A stretch of 64,000 bases of DNA from assembly GCA_024405635.1 (NCBI GenBank), contig JAKSOL010000003.1, forward strand, positions 64,001 to 128,000, read 5' to 3'. Positions within the stretch are counted from its first letter, which is position 1, and each line of letters begins with the position of its first letter. Below the pieces are notes generated by a model that saw nothing but the letters and a program-made list of their open reading frames with translations, was not told the origin of the DNA and ran no database searches. The stretch comes from Salinivirgaceae bacterium (GTDB taxonomy: Bacteria; Bacteroidota; Bacteroidia; Bacteroidales; SZUA-534). Below, piece after piece: positions 55,143 to 64,000 of this stretch. Both the position numbers and the translations under genes were made by a program.

Positions 55143-56618
55143 TTAGTAGCTGCGAGCAAACAAAACGCGTTGTTTCGAAGGTTTGCCAGAGTAGATGCAA
55201 ACGCCATCTTCCAATGGATTGCCAATAGGAATGCAACGGATAGTGGCTTTTGTTTCTTCTTTAATTTTTTCTTCGGTTTCGGTTGTTCCGTCCCAGTGAG
55301 CATAAACAAAGCCGCCTTTTTCGTCAAGCACACGTTTAAATTCATCGTAAGTATCAACTTTGGTAATCATGCCATCGCGGTACTCTTTTGCTTTGTTGAA
55401 TATGTTAGCTTGAATGTCGTCAAGCAACTTAACAATAGCTTCGTCAATGCCGTCAAGCGACATTTGCTCTTTGGTTAACGTGTCGCGGCGAGCCACTTCA
55501 ACGCTGTTATTCTCCAAGTCGCGGTTGCCAATAGCTAAACGTACAGGAACACCTTTTAGTTCGTATTCAGCAAACTTCCAACCTGGTTTCTTTTGGTCGT
55601 TGTCGTCAAACTTAACCGAAATGCCTTTTGCTTTAAGTTTTGCAACAATTTCGTTCACTTTTGCCGAAATAGCTTCAAGTTCTTCGGCTTTTTTGTAAAT
55701 AGGAACAATAACAACCTGAGTAGGAGCCAAGCATGGAGGCAATACAAGGCCGTTATCGTCGGAGTGAGTCATAATTAAAGCACCCATTAGTCGGGTTGAA
55801 ACGCCCCACGATGTTGCCCAAACATATTCAAGTTGGTTTTCTTTGTTAACAAACTGAACCTCAAAGGCTTTAGCAAAGTTTTGTCCCAAGAAGTGCGATG
55901 TTCCAGCTTGAAGCGCTTTACCATCTTGCATCATAGCCTCAATGGTGTAAGTGTCAAGTGCACCAGCAAAACGCTCGTTAGCACTTTTAACACCTTTCAC
56001 AACAGGCACAGCCATGTATTTTTCAGCAAATTCGGCATAAACCTCAAGCATCTTTTTTGCCTCAGCTTCAGCCTCTTCGCGAGTAGCGTGAGCGGTGTGT
56101 CCTTCTTGCCACAAGAATTCGGCGGTGCGCAAGAACAATCGTGTGCGCATCTCCCAACGCATTACGTTAGCCCATTGGTTGCACAAAATAGGAAGGTCGC
56201 GATACGACGAAATCCAGTTTTTATATGTGTTCCAAATAATGGTTTCTGATGTTGGGCGAATGATGAGTTCTTCTTCCAATCGAGCTTCGGGGTCAACAAC
56301 AACACCTTTGCCATTAGGGTCGTTCATTAAACGATGGTGAGTTACAACGGCGCATTCTTTAGCAAAACCTTCAACATGTTCGGCTTCTTTGCTCAAAAAC
56401 GATTTTGGAATCAAAAGGGGGAAATAAGCGTTAACGTGACCAGTTTCTTTAAACATGTTGTCAAGCTGACGTTGCATTTTTTCCCAAATGGCATATCCAT
56501 AAGGTTTTATAACCATACAGCCGCGCACTGCCGATGTTTCGGCCAAGTCGGCTTTTACAACTAATTCGTTGTACCATTGCGAGTAATTCTCGCTGCGTGA
56601 TGTTAAAAATTTGCCCAT
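55143..56618 (-). CDS. proS: Proline--tRNA ligase (archaeal/eukaryote type)
   Basis: [54 protein letters not shown]-terminal FARSY. Confidence 0.97.
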   Translation of the reverse strand: MGKFLTSRSENYSQWYNELVVKADLAETSAVRGCMVIKPYGYAIWEKMQRQLDNMFKETGHVNAYFPLLIPKSFLSKEAEHVEGFAKECAVVTHHRLMNDPNGKGVVVDPEARLEEELIIRPTSETIIWNTYKNWISSYRDLPILCNQWANVMRWEMRTRLFLRTAEFLWQEGHTAHATREEAEAEAKKMLEVYAEFAEKYMAVPVVKGVKSANERFAGALDTYTIEAMMQDGKALQAGTSHFLGQNFAKAFEVQFVNKENQLEYVWATSWGVSTRLMGALIMTHSDDNGLVLPPCLAPTQVVIVPIYKKAEELEAISAKVNEIVAKLKAKGISVKFDDNDQKKPGWKFAEYELKGVPVRLAIGNRDLENNSVEVARRDTLTKEQMSLDGIDEAIVKLLDDIQANIFNKAKEYRDGMITKVDTYDEFKRVLDEKGGFVYAHWDGTTETEEKIKEETKATIRCIPIGNPLEDGVCIYSGKPSKQRVLFARSY

Positions 56619-56723
56619 CTTTCTGTCAAGAGTATAATTGAATTGTTATATTCGCATTGCATAGTTTATGCTTAATTGTGCGCAAAGAAAACATTTTAAT
56701 AAACACACTAAAAATCTAACGAC

Positions 56724-58061
56724 ATGAAAAATTTCAACCAACTCTTAATGGTGCTGCTCATGGCGGTTACAATGTCGTCGTGTGCTTCGTTAACTAGTAT
56801 GAATTCATATTATAACGATGCGTATTATAATCCAAGTGTAAAAGCAACTCCTGTTGCACAACAACCAGTTACTACTCAAGAGCAATCTTCTGAAAAATCA
56901 ACTGTTTCTGATGATGCAACTGCTGCGGTTGCTGACGAAGAAATGGGCGACATTGAACGCCGTTTGGTTCGCTTTAGCGACGATTATAATGGCGCTTATT
57001 TTACTGAAGAAGAAAAAGAAGCCAATGTTAATGTGTATCTCAATGTAGTAAACGATGGTTGGGAACTTGGTTGGTATCGTCCATTGTATAGCGATTTTTG
57101 GTGGAACTCCTCATACTACTATGGCTCATATCGTTTTGGTTATCCTTATTATGGATATTACTATCGTCATGGCTATTATATGTATGGTTTGTATGATTAT
57201 CCGTATTTTGACTATGCGTTGACATCTTACTATGGTTATCCTTACTATTATGGATATCCATACTATTATTACCCAAATTATGGTCATCACCATCATCATT
57301 GTGGTTATCCATACTATCATTATCACAATAATTATGGTTTTGCAACCAATACAAGCCATACAATGAATTCGTCACGCAGAATGTCGCAAACAACAAATTC
57401 TCGTTTTGAGGATGTTGAGGCTCGTATGAATTTGGGAGGAAGTACTCGTGCATCGCGAGGAGGAACAACCTCGGCAATAAAAAATGTTAAGCCAGCCCAA
57501 GGTATAAGAAACAACGCTGCAGCTAGTCATATTTCATCTGATAGAACTCCAACCACGGTTTCAAAAAATAGTGGTTCTAAATTGTCAACTGAAAGTAAGC
57601 GCACTAACTCGCATATTAAGTCACAAGGCACGGGTCGTGGACCAATTGTTTCGCCTTCAACTTCTTCAACCACTCAAACACGACAAGGCACAATACAACA
57701 ACGTGCTGAGCGTCAAAAGGAGTCTCAACAACGAGCAATGCAACAACGTACTACAACCACAACTCAAACTCAACGAGTTAGTACACAACCACAACGTGCA
57801 ACTACAACCACTCGTTCTACAACAACAGGTGTACGCACAAATACTTCGTCGGGTGTGCAACAACGTAGTCATGTAAATACAACAAACCGTTCAACAAGTA
57901 CACAAAACCGAAGCAATCCTACTCCTCGAGTTCAAAATAGTTCAACAACACCGCGTACAAGTACCCCTTCATACAATAGCGGAACACGTTCAAGTGGAGG
58001 TTCTTATGGTGGAGGATCTCACTCAAGTGGTGGTTCTCATTCAGGAGGTCGTGGCCGTTAA
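56724..58061 (+). CDS. Low-complexity lipoprotein (Tyr-rich core, poly-His, Ser/Thr/Arg/Gln-rich tail)
   Basis: Lipobox MSSC, NDAYY motif, GYPYYY repeats, HHHHH, disordered tail ending SGGRGR. Confidence 0.75.
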   Translation: MKNFNQLLMVLLMAVTMSSCASLTSMNSYYNDAYYNPSVKATPVAQQPVTTQEQSSEKSTVSDDATAAVADEEMGDIERRLVRFSDDYNGAYFTEEEKEANVNVYLNVVNDGWELGWYRPLYSDFWWNSSYYYGSYRFGYPYYGYYYRHGYYMYGLYDYPYFDYALTSYYGYPYYYGYPYYYYPNYGHHHHHCGYPYYHYHNNYGFATNTSHTMNSSRRMSQTTNSRFEDVEARMNLGGSTRASRGGTTSAIKNVKPAQGIRNNAAASHISSDRTPTTVSKNSGSKLSTESKRTNSHIKSQGTGRGPIVSPSTSSTTQTRQGTIQQRAERQKESQQRAMQQRTTTTTQTQRVSTQPQRATTTTRSTTTGVRTNTSSGVQQRSHVNTTNRSTSTQNRSNPTPRVQNSSTTPRTSTPSYNSGTRSSGGSYGGGSHSSGGSHSGGRGR

Positions 58062-58089
58062 AGGAAAATGTTTCAAAAAAGTAAGGTAA

Positions 58090-59535
58090 ATGAAACTAAA
58101 GTTTTTTTCTGTATTAACATTGGCATTATTGGCTTTTGCATCCACAGCGCAAAATATCGACGATGCCATTCGTTATAATTATTTGGCTCCAGTTGGTTCT
58201 GCAAAATCTGTAGCAATGGGTGGCGCTCTTGGGTCCATTGGTGCCGACATTTCTGCGGTGTCAACCAACCCTGCAAGTGTTGGCGTTTTTCGAACTAATT
58301 ATTTTTCTTTCACGCCATCGTTCAATATGAGCAAAAGTACTGCGTCGTATTATGGAAATGATTCAAAAGTGAGCAAGAGCAAGTTCAATATGTTTGACGA
58401 TGTTGGTGTGGTTTTTTCGCTTGATACTGAACGCGAAAAGGGGTGCAAAATGGTTAACTTTTCTTTTGCATACGATAAATTTCACGATTTTCGTTTGAAT
58501 AGGATGAATGTTAGTGGAGCCAATAATAAGGGGTCGTTTCTTGATGGCGAGGTTTATTATTATTGCGAAAATCCTAGCGACGATAATATGTATTTAGAGG
58601 CTGGTGCTATCCTTATTGATACTTTGGCTAACGAGTGCTTTAATAGTTATCAAGAATATGGCCAGTATGGTTCTACTCAATTGTATGAAGAAAAACCTTC
58701 GGGCTCAATAGGAGTATTGAATTTTAGCATTGGTTGCAATTTAAACGACAAATTCTATATCGGAGGCTCGCTTGATATTTATGATGTGAACTATTCTATG
58801 GATAGCCGTTTTAAGGAAGTGTCAATGCTTCCTACTGATTTTGAAAATCTTTCGCTCAGCAAGTATTTTTCGTCCAAAGGTTCAGGTGTTGGAGTAAAGT
58901 TGGGTGGCATTGTTTGGCTTAACCAATTTGTTCGTGTTGGAGCTGCAATGCATTCGCCTGTGCTACTATCAATGAACGATGTGTTTAATAGTCGCGAAAC
59001 AGTTTCAACAACATACATTAAAACACCAAATCAAGGTTCGTCGTACGACGACTTTAAATGGACAATGACTTTGCCTGGCAAACTAGTAGGTAGTGTGGCT
59101 ATGGTTATCCCTAGTTTTGCAATGTTGTCGGTCGATTGTGAGTATGTAAACTATGCCAATACATCAATGGATGATGGAGATGACGAAATTTTTTCATACA
59201 ACTCGTTAAGTGGTGTAAATGACGAAATTGAACAAACATTGCACAACGCGCTTAACCTTAAGGCTGGTGCCGAAATTAATTTAGGTCCTGCTGTTGTTCG
59301 TGGCGGATTTGCTTACTTTGGTAGCCCTTACAAAAGTGGCGAAGTAAACGAGTCGGCTAAAAAAATGGTATATAGTGCAGGTATAGGATTTGGAGGAGCC
59401 GTTGCTTCTTTTGATTTGGCATATAGGTTTGAACATAACAAACTAAATAGTAGAATATATTCAACCAACGATAGCCAATATGTATTAAAGAATAATATTG
59501 GATCTGTTGTAGCAACTTTTGGTTTCCGATTTTAA
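58090..59535 (+). CDS. OmpP1/FadL-like outer-membrane beta-barrel
   Basis: Signal peptide, GSAKSVAMGGALGSIGAD...NPASVGVF, amphipathic strands, C-terminal GFRF. Confidence 0.82.
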   Translation: MKLKFFSVLTLALLAFASTAQNIDDAIRYNYLAPVGSAKSVAMGGALGSIGADISAVSTNPASVGVFRTNYFSFTPSFNMSKSTASYYGNDSKVSKSKFNMFDDVGVVFSLDTEREKGCKMVNFSFAYDKFHDFRLNRMNVSGANNKGSFLDGEVYYYCENPSDDNMYLEAGAILIDTLANECFNSYQEYGQYGSTQLYEEKPSGSIGVLNFSIGCNLNDKFYIGGSLDIYDVNYSMDSRFKEVSMLPTDFENLSLSKYFSSKGSGVGVKLGGIVWLNQFVRVGAAMHSPVLLSMNDVFNSRETVSTTYIKTPNQGSSYDDFKWTMTLPGKLVGSVAMVIPSFAMLSVDCEYVNYANTSMDDGDDEIFSYNSLSGVNDEIEQTLHNALNLKAGAEINLGPAVVRGGFAYFGSPYKSGEVNESAKKMVYSAGIGFGGAVASFDLAYRFEHNKLNSRIYSTNDSQYVLKNNIGSVVATFGFRF

Positions 59536-59616
59536 GCAACTTGAGTTTTAATAAAAAAGGCTAATTAAAAAAGATTGACACAAACAAACTTTAAATTTGA
59601 GGAGTGAAATTATAAT

Positions 59617-59994
59617 ATGAAACCGCTAATTATTACAGGAACATCGTCAACGCCATCAATTGTTTTGGACAAGGATGGTGGTGTTTTTGAAATTCAGGGT
59701 ATTTCGCGACCTGAAGATACGTTGACATTCTTTCGTCCTGTTGTTGATTGGTTTAAGGAGTATTCAATAAATCCTAACCCAGTAACCAATGTGGCGTTTA
59801 AAATGATTTACCAAAATTCGTCTTCGTCGCGAATGTTTATGAGCATCCTTCTTAGTTTGAAACAGAATTTGGTGCTTAAAGGAAACCAAGTTAATGTTGA
59901 GTGGCATTATGTTAAGGTTGACGAATCGCAACGTGAGGTTGGCGAGGACTTTTCTTCGTTACTTGATATGCCATTTGATTTTGTAGAAATGTAA
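59617..59994 (+). CDS. SiaC/DUF1987-family protein
   Basis: TSSTP, GISRPED...[21 protein letters not shown]...DE...GEDF. Confidence 0.8.
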   Translation: MKPLIITGTSSTPSIVLDKDGGVFEIQGISRPEDTLTFFRPVVDWFKEYSINPNPVTNVAFKMIYQNSSSSRMFMSILLSLKQNLVLKGNQVNVEWHYVKVDESQREVGEDFSSLLDMPFDFVEM

Positions 59995-60004
59995 TATCGT
60001 AACA

Positions 60005-60382
60005 ATGAAAAAGGTTATTGCAACATCAAACGCTCCTGCTGCTATTGGCCCATATAGCCAAGCAATTGAAACAAATGGTTTTGTTTTTGTGTCTGGTCAA
60101 ATTCCAATTGTTCCTCAAACCGGAAATCTTGTTGATGGCGGTATTGAACAGCAAACTGAGCAAGTTTTGAAAAACATAGCAGCAATTTTAGAAGCTGCAG
60201 GTCTTTCGTTGGCCAATGTTGTAAAAACAACAGTGCTACTCAAGAGCATTAACGATTTTGCAGCAATGAATGCGATATATGCAAAGTTTTTCACTAACGA
60301 AGCACCAGCGCGCGCTGCGTATGAAGTGGTTAATTTGCCAAAAGGAGCTTTGATTGAGATTGAAGCTATTGCAGCTCGATAA
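60005..60382 (+). CDS. ridA: RidA-family reactive intermediate deaminase
   Basis: [35 protein letters not shown]. Confidence 0.93.
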   Translation: MKKVIATSNAPAAIGPYSQAIETNGFVFVSGQIPIVPQTGNLVDGGIEQQTEQVLKNIAAILEAAGLSLANVVKTTVLLKSINDFAAMNAIYAKFFTNEAPARAAYEVVNLPKGALIEIEAIAAR

Positions 60383-60395
60383 GTATTTTTGTAAG

Positions 60396-61421
60396 TTAAT
60401 TTTGTTTGCTTTTATCTGACGAGGCCCTAACTATAAGTGTTGCGGGTACAATAATCTCTTTACCTTCGGCTACAGGCTTACCTTCTATTTGGTCAAACAA
60501 TAGTTTAGCTGCCAAAATTCCAATTTTCAAAGGATTTTGGTCCAATGTACTTAATGCAGGTTCCATATAACTAGAGCGACGGCTGTTTGAAAAACCAACA
60601 ACAGCAACATCATCAGGAATACTTAATCCTTTTTCTTTAATTGCATATAGTGCGCCAATTGCAACGTCGTCGTTAATGCCAAATATAGCATCAGGTGGAT
60701 TCTTTAGGTTTAGCAATTCGCTTGTGGCTTGTTTTGCATTGTCAACGGTAAGATTGCAGCGTACAATTAAACTATTGTCAATTGGTAGCCCGTGGTTTGT
60801 TAGTGCAGCTCGGTATCCTCTAAATCTGTTGCGACCTATCAACATGTGCTCTGGGCCTGTTATTAACGCTACTCGTTTTGCTCCGTTTTCAATAAGATGA
60901 GAAACTGCCATGTATGCGGCATCGGCATCGTTAGCAACAACTTTTGGCACGTTTATTTCTTTTGATGTGCGGTCAAATAGTACCAATGGTACGTTGTCGC
61001 CTTCAATTCGGTGAATATGTACAAACTCATCGGTTGCTTTTGATAGCGATACTATCATACCATCAACTCTATGATCAAGAAAACCATATACGTTTTGCAT
61101 TTCTTTTATCATGTCTTCGTTTGACGATGATACAAAAACTTGATAACCAAGTTCGTTTGCAACTTGTTCAATGCCTTGAACAACAGTAGCATAAAAGAAA
61201 CTTACAATTTGAGGTACAACTACTCCAATTGAATATGTTTTGCGCGTTTTTAGGGCAACCGCCATTGTGTTTGGCCTATATTGGAGTTTAGCTGCGGTGT
61301 CGCGAACAAGTTGTTTTGTCTCGTCAGATATTTCTGGCTTGTCTTGTAGCGCTCGCGATACTGTTGAAACCGAAACCCCAAGTTCTTTGGCAATGTCTTT
61401 TATTGTTGCTGCTTTTTTCAT
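60396..61421 (-). CDS. LacI-family transcriptional regulator
   Basis: TIKDIAKELGVSVSTVSRAL, YRPN, DAIFGIND, IPDDVAVVGF. Confidence 0.94.
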   Translation of the reverse strand: MKKAATIKDIAKELGVSVSTVSRALQDKPEISDETKQLVRDTAAKLQYRPNTMAVALKTRKTYSIGVVVPQIVSFFYATVVQGIEQVANELGYQVFVSSSNEDMIKEMQNVYGFLDHRVDGMIVSLSKATDEFVHIHRIEGDNVPLVLFDRTSKEINVPKVVANDADAAYMAVSHLIENGAKRVALITGPEHMLIGRNRFRGYRAALTNHGLPIDNSLIVRCNLTVDNAKQATSELLNLKNPPDAIFGINDDVAIGALYAIKEKGLSIPDDVAVVGFSNSRRSSYMEPALSTLDQNPLKIGILAAKLLFDQIEGKPVAEGKEIIVPATLIVRASSDKSKQN

Positions 61422-61522
61422 AACAAGTAGTTGTTTTACTATAGGTATCGGTTTACCTTACAAATATATATTTTTTGAGTTCGTTTTCTTTATGGCGTTG
61501 GTTACATGTGAGAAAAACATAT

Positions 61523-61556
61523 AAAAAAAGCCGCATTCTATAGGAATGCGGCTTTT
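61523..61556 (-). terminator. Intrinsic terminator after glgP
   Basis: aaaaaaagccgcattc-tatag-gaatgcggctttt. Confidence 0.82.
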
Positions 61557-61576
61557 GTATGTTATTGCCTTTTGTA

Positions 61577-64000
61577 TTAAATCCAACGAAGCAATGGAAG
61601 GTCTTGACGATGAGGCAATTCTGGATGTTTTGCAAACACGCGAATACCGTAATCGTACGAACCTGGTAGGTCAAGTTGGAAATCAATTGCAAAGAATGCC
61701 ATTGAATTTACCGATTTAGAAAGTGTTAATTCACGGCAACCAATGAATTTATTTCCATCAGGTTGAACAAGAACCAATTCAACGCCTATGTCGTTAATAT
61801 TTAGGTCTTTAATGTCAAGGGCTACTTCGCCGTGGTAGTTTTGACCAGTTCTAAAATCGCTATTCAATGTGTTAGGGAAGTCAACTGATACAATTTCAAT
61901 TTTGTCCCAATTCTCCATAAGTTTTGCTTTCCAACTAGTAAGTTCACGAGCCAATTGATAGTTGTTATCAATGATTTTTTTGCTGCGAACGTATTGCTTG
62001 CTATAGTATTGAGCAATGTAGTCGTCAAGCATACGTTTTGTTGTAAAGTTAGGAGCGATGCTTGCAATTGAACGTTTGATGTATTGTACCCATTCTGTTG
62101 GAACACCATCTTCGCCACGTTGGTAGAACAATGGGATGATTTCGTTCTCAAGAATACTGTAAATAGTGGCAGCATCAAGTTCGTCTTGGAATTGAGTGTC
62201 TTGGTATGTTTGTTTTTCAGTTAAAGCCCAACCAGCTTTTTCTTTGTAACCTTCGCACCACCAACCGTCAAGCACACTAAAGTTTAGTACACCATTCATT
62301 TCGGCTTTTTGACCACTTGTACCACTGGCCTCAAGTGGGCGAGTTGGGTTGTTCAACCATACGTCAACACCGCGAACCAAACGTTTTGCTAGGTCAATAT
62401 CGTAGTTCTCAAGGAACAATATTTTGCCAATGAATTCAGGACGACGCGAAATCTCAATAATGTTTTTGATAAGGTCTTGACCTGGTTTGTCGTGTGGGTG
62501 AGCTTTACCAGCAAACAAGAATTGAACTGGACGCTCTGGGTTGTTTACGATTTTAGCCAAACGGTCAATATCGCTGAACAACAAGTGTGCACGTTTGTAT
62601 GTAGCAAAACGGCGAGCAAAACCAATTGTCAAGGTGTTCTCGTTAATTGAGTTAAGAGTCTTAACGATGTATTTTGGGCTCTCGTGACGACGAATGAAAC
62701 TATCCTCGTAACGTGATTTTACGTAATCGATAAGTTTTTTGCGGAGTTTGTTTCTCAAATCCCAAATAACGTTGTCTTTTACTTTGAATATTTTCTCCCA
62801 ATAGTCTGTGTTTGATTGGTCTTGCATCCAACCTTCGCCAAATTCTTGCTCATACAAACGACGCCATTCGTTTGCTGTCCATGTTGGCATGTGAACACCA
62901 TTGGTAACGTAGTTGATGTATAGTTCTTCTGTAAAGAAGCCTTTCCACATATATTTAAACATCTCCTTTGTTACTTCACCATGCAAGCGGCTTACACCGT
63001 TCATTTCTTGCGAAGTTTTTGTTGCCAAAACGCTCATTGAGAATTTGTCGGTTTGGCTTCCTTCGTGTTCGCGACCTAGGTTTAAGAATACCTCCCAATC
63101 AACTTTCAAGCGCTCTGGAATTGGGCGCAAGTAAGTTCTAATCATTTGTTGGTCAAAGGCATCGTGGCCAGCGGCAACAGGTGTGTGTGTGGTAAACAAT
63201 GATGATGAGCGAACTACTTCAAGAGCCTCGCCAAATGTCAAGTTCTCGTGTTGAACAAGGTCGCACAAGCGTTCAACGTTGATAAGAGCTGCGTGGCCCT
63301 CATTGCAGTGATATACGTTAGGTTTGATGCCTAATGCTTTTAATACTCGAATACCACCCAAGCCAAGGAACATTTCTTGTTTCAATCGGTTTTCCCAGTC
63401 ACCACCATAAAGTTGGTGTGTAATGGTACGATCCTCTGGTGAGTTTTCAGGGCATTCTGTATCAAGCAAATACAATGGAACGCGACCTACTTGAACTATC
63501 CAAACTTTAGCCATTACCATACGACCTGGCAGGTTCAATGTAATCATCAAATGGTGATTGAACTCGTCAAGAACTGGTTTGATTGGAAGGCTATCAAGGT
63601 TTTGTGGAATCAAACTAGCTTGTTGCTCGCCTGATACTGTTAATTCTTGTGTAAAGTATCCGTATTTGTATAGGAAACCAATTGCAACCATGGGCATGTT
63701 AGAGTCGCTGGCTTCTTTCAAGTAGTCACCTGCCAAAATACCCAAACCGCCCGAGAATATTTTAAGGTTGTCAGTCAAACCATACTCCATGCTGAAATAG
63801 CCAACTAGTGGCATATCGGTACGTGGAGCAACGCTCATGTATTTTGAAAAGTCGTTGTAAACTTTTTCATATTGTGCAAGGAAAACAGGGTCTTTGCTTA
63901 ATTCGTTCAAACGAGCTGTTGAAACTCGTTTAAGTAAGGTGATTGGGTTCTTTTCGCTCTTTTTCCAAAGTTCTGGATCAATGTATTTAAACATATCTAG
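61577..64000 (-). CDS. glgP: Alpha-glucan (glycogen/starch) phosphorylase, 5' end beyond the window
   Basis: YFSMEYG, SGGLGILAGD, HCNEGH, GFARRFATYKR, EASGTSGQK; frame open to the window edge. Confidence 0.93.
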   Translation of the reverse strand, partial: LDMFKYIDPELWKKSEKNPITLLKRVSTARLNELSKDPVFLAQYEKVYNDFSKYMSVAPRTDMPLVGYFSMEYGLTDNLKIFSGGLGILAGDYLKEASDSNMPMVAIGFLYKYGYFTQELTVSGEQQASLIPQNLDSLPIKPVLDEFNHHLMITLNLPGRMVMAKVWIVQVGRVPLYLLDTECPENSPEDRTITHQLYGGDWENRLKQEMFLGLGGIRVLKALGIKPNVYHCNEGHAALINVERLCDLVQHENLTFGEALEVVRSSSLFTTHTPVAAGHDAFDQQMIRTYLRPIPERLKVDWEVFLNLGREHEGSQTDKFSMSVLATKTSQEMNGVSRLHGEVTKEMFKYMWKGFFTEELYINYVTNGVHMPTWTANEWRRLYEQEFGEGWMQDQSNTDYWEKIFKVKDNVIWDLRNKLRKKLIDYVKSRYEDSFIRRHESPKYIVKTLNSINENTLTIGFARRFATYKRAHLLFSDIDRLAKIVNNPERPVQFLFAGKAHPHDKPGQDLIKNIIEISRRPEFIGKILFLENYDIDLAKRLVRGVDVWLNNPTRPLEASGTSGQKAEMNGVLNFSVLDGWWCEGYKEKAGWALTEKQTYQDTQFQDELDAATIYSILENEIIPLFYQRGEDGVPTEWVQYIKRSIASIAPNFTTKRMLDDYIAQYYSKQYVRSKKIIDNNYQLARELTSWKAKLMENWDKIEIVSVDFPNTLNSDFRTGQNYHGEVALDIKDLNINDIGVELVLVQPDGNKFIGCRELTLSKSVNSMAFFAIDFQLDLPGSYDYGIRVFAKHPELPHRQDLPLLRWI

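Noticed and set aside
57040-57477. Repetitive antisense ORFs (Asn/His/Asp-rich and Ile-rich)
   Set aside because: Mirror images of the Tyr-codon repeats in the plus-strand lipoprotein

Overview
64 kb of a Bacteroidota chromosome, probably an anaerobic Bacteroidales. This is inferred from TAnnTTTG promoters, a SusC/SusD locus and Bacteroidales-type gene content. Most of it is core housekeeping: leuB, zapA-6S RNA-rny, wbp/rml sugar-nucleotide genes, carB, cdd-pepD, proS and a partial glgP. Five features stand out. (1) A five-gene heterodisulfide-reductase-like operon whose C-B-short-A subunits resemble the sulfur-oxidising sHdrC1B1A type but are followed by a membrane-anchored Fe-S/CCG subunit. 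(2) A lone AAA_14/DUF4143 ATPase-nuclease gene with a 33-bp-period repeat array at its promoter and a REP-like palindrome downstream. (3) A ThiD pseudo-kinase/AraC fusion regulator. (4) A decayed ~4.7 kb island bounded by a duplicated proS terminator and carrying an atypical GH2. (5) A candidate leader-peptide attenuator upstream of carB. All assignments come from motif recognition by eye; no database searches were run.
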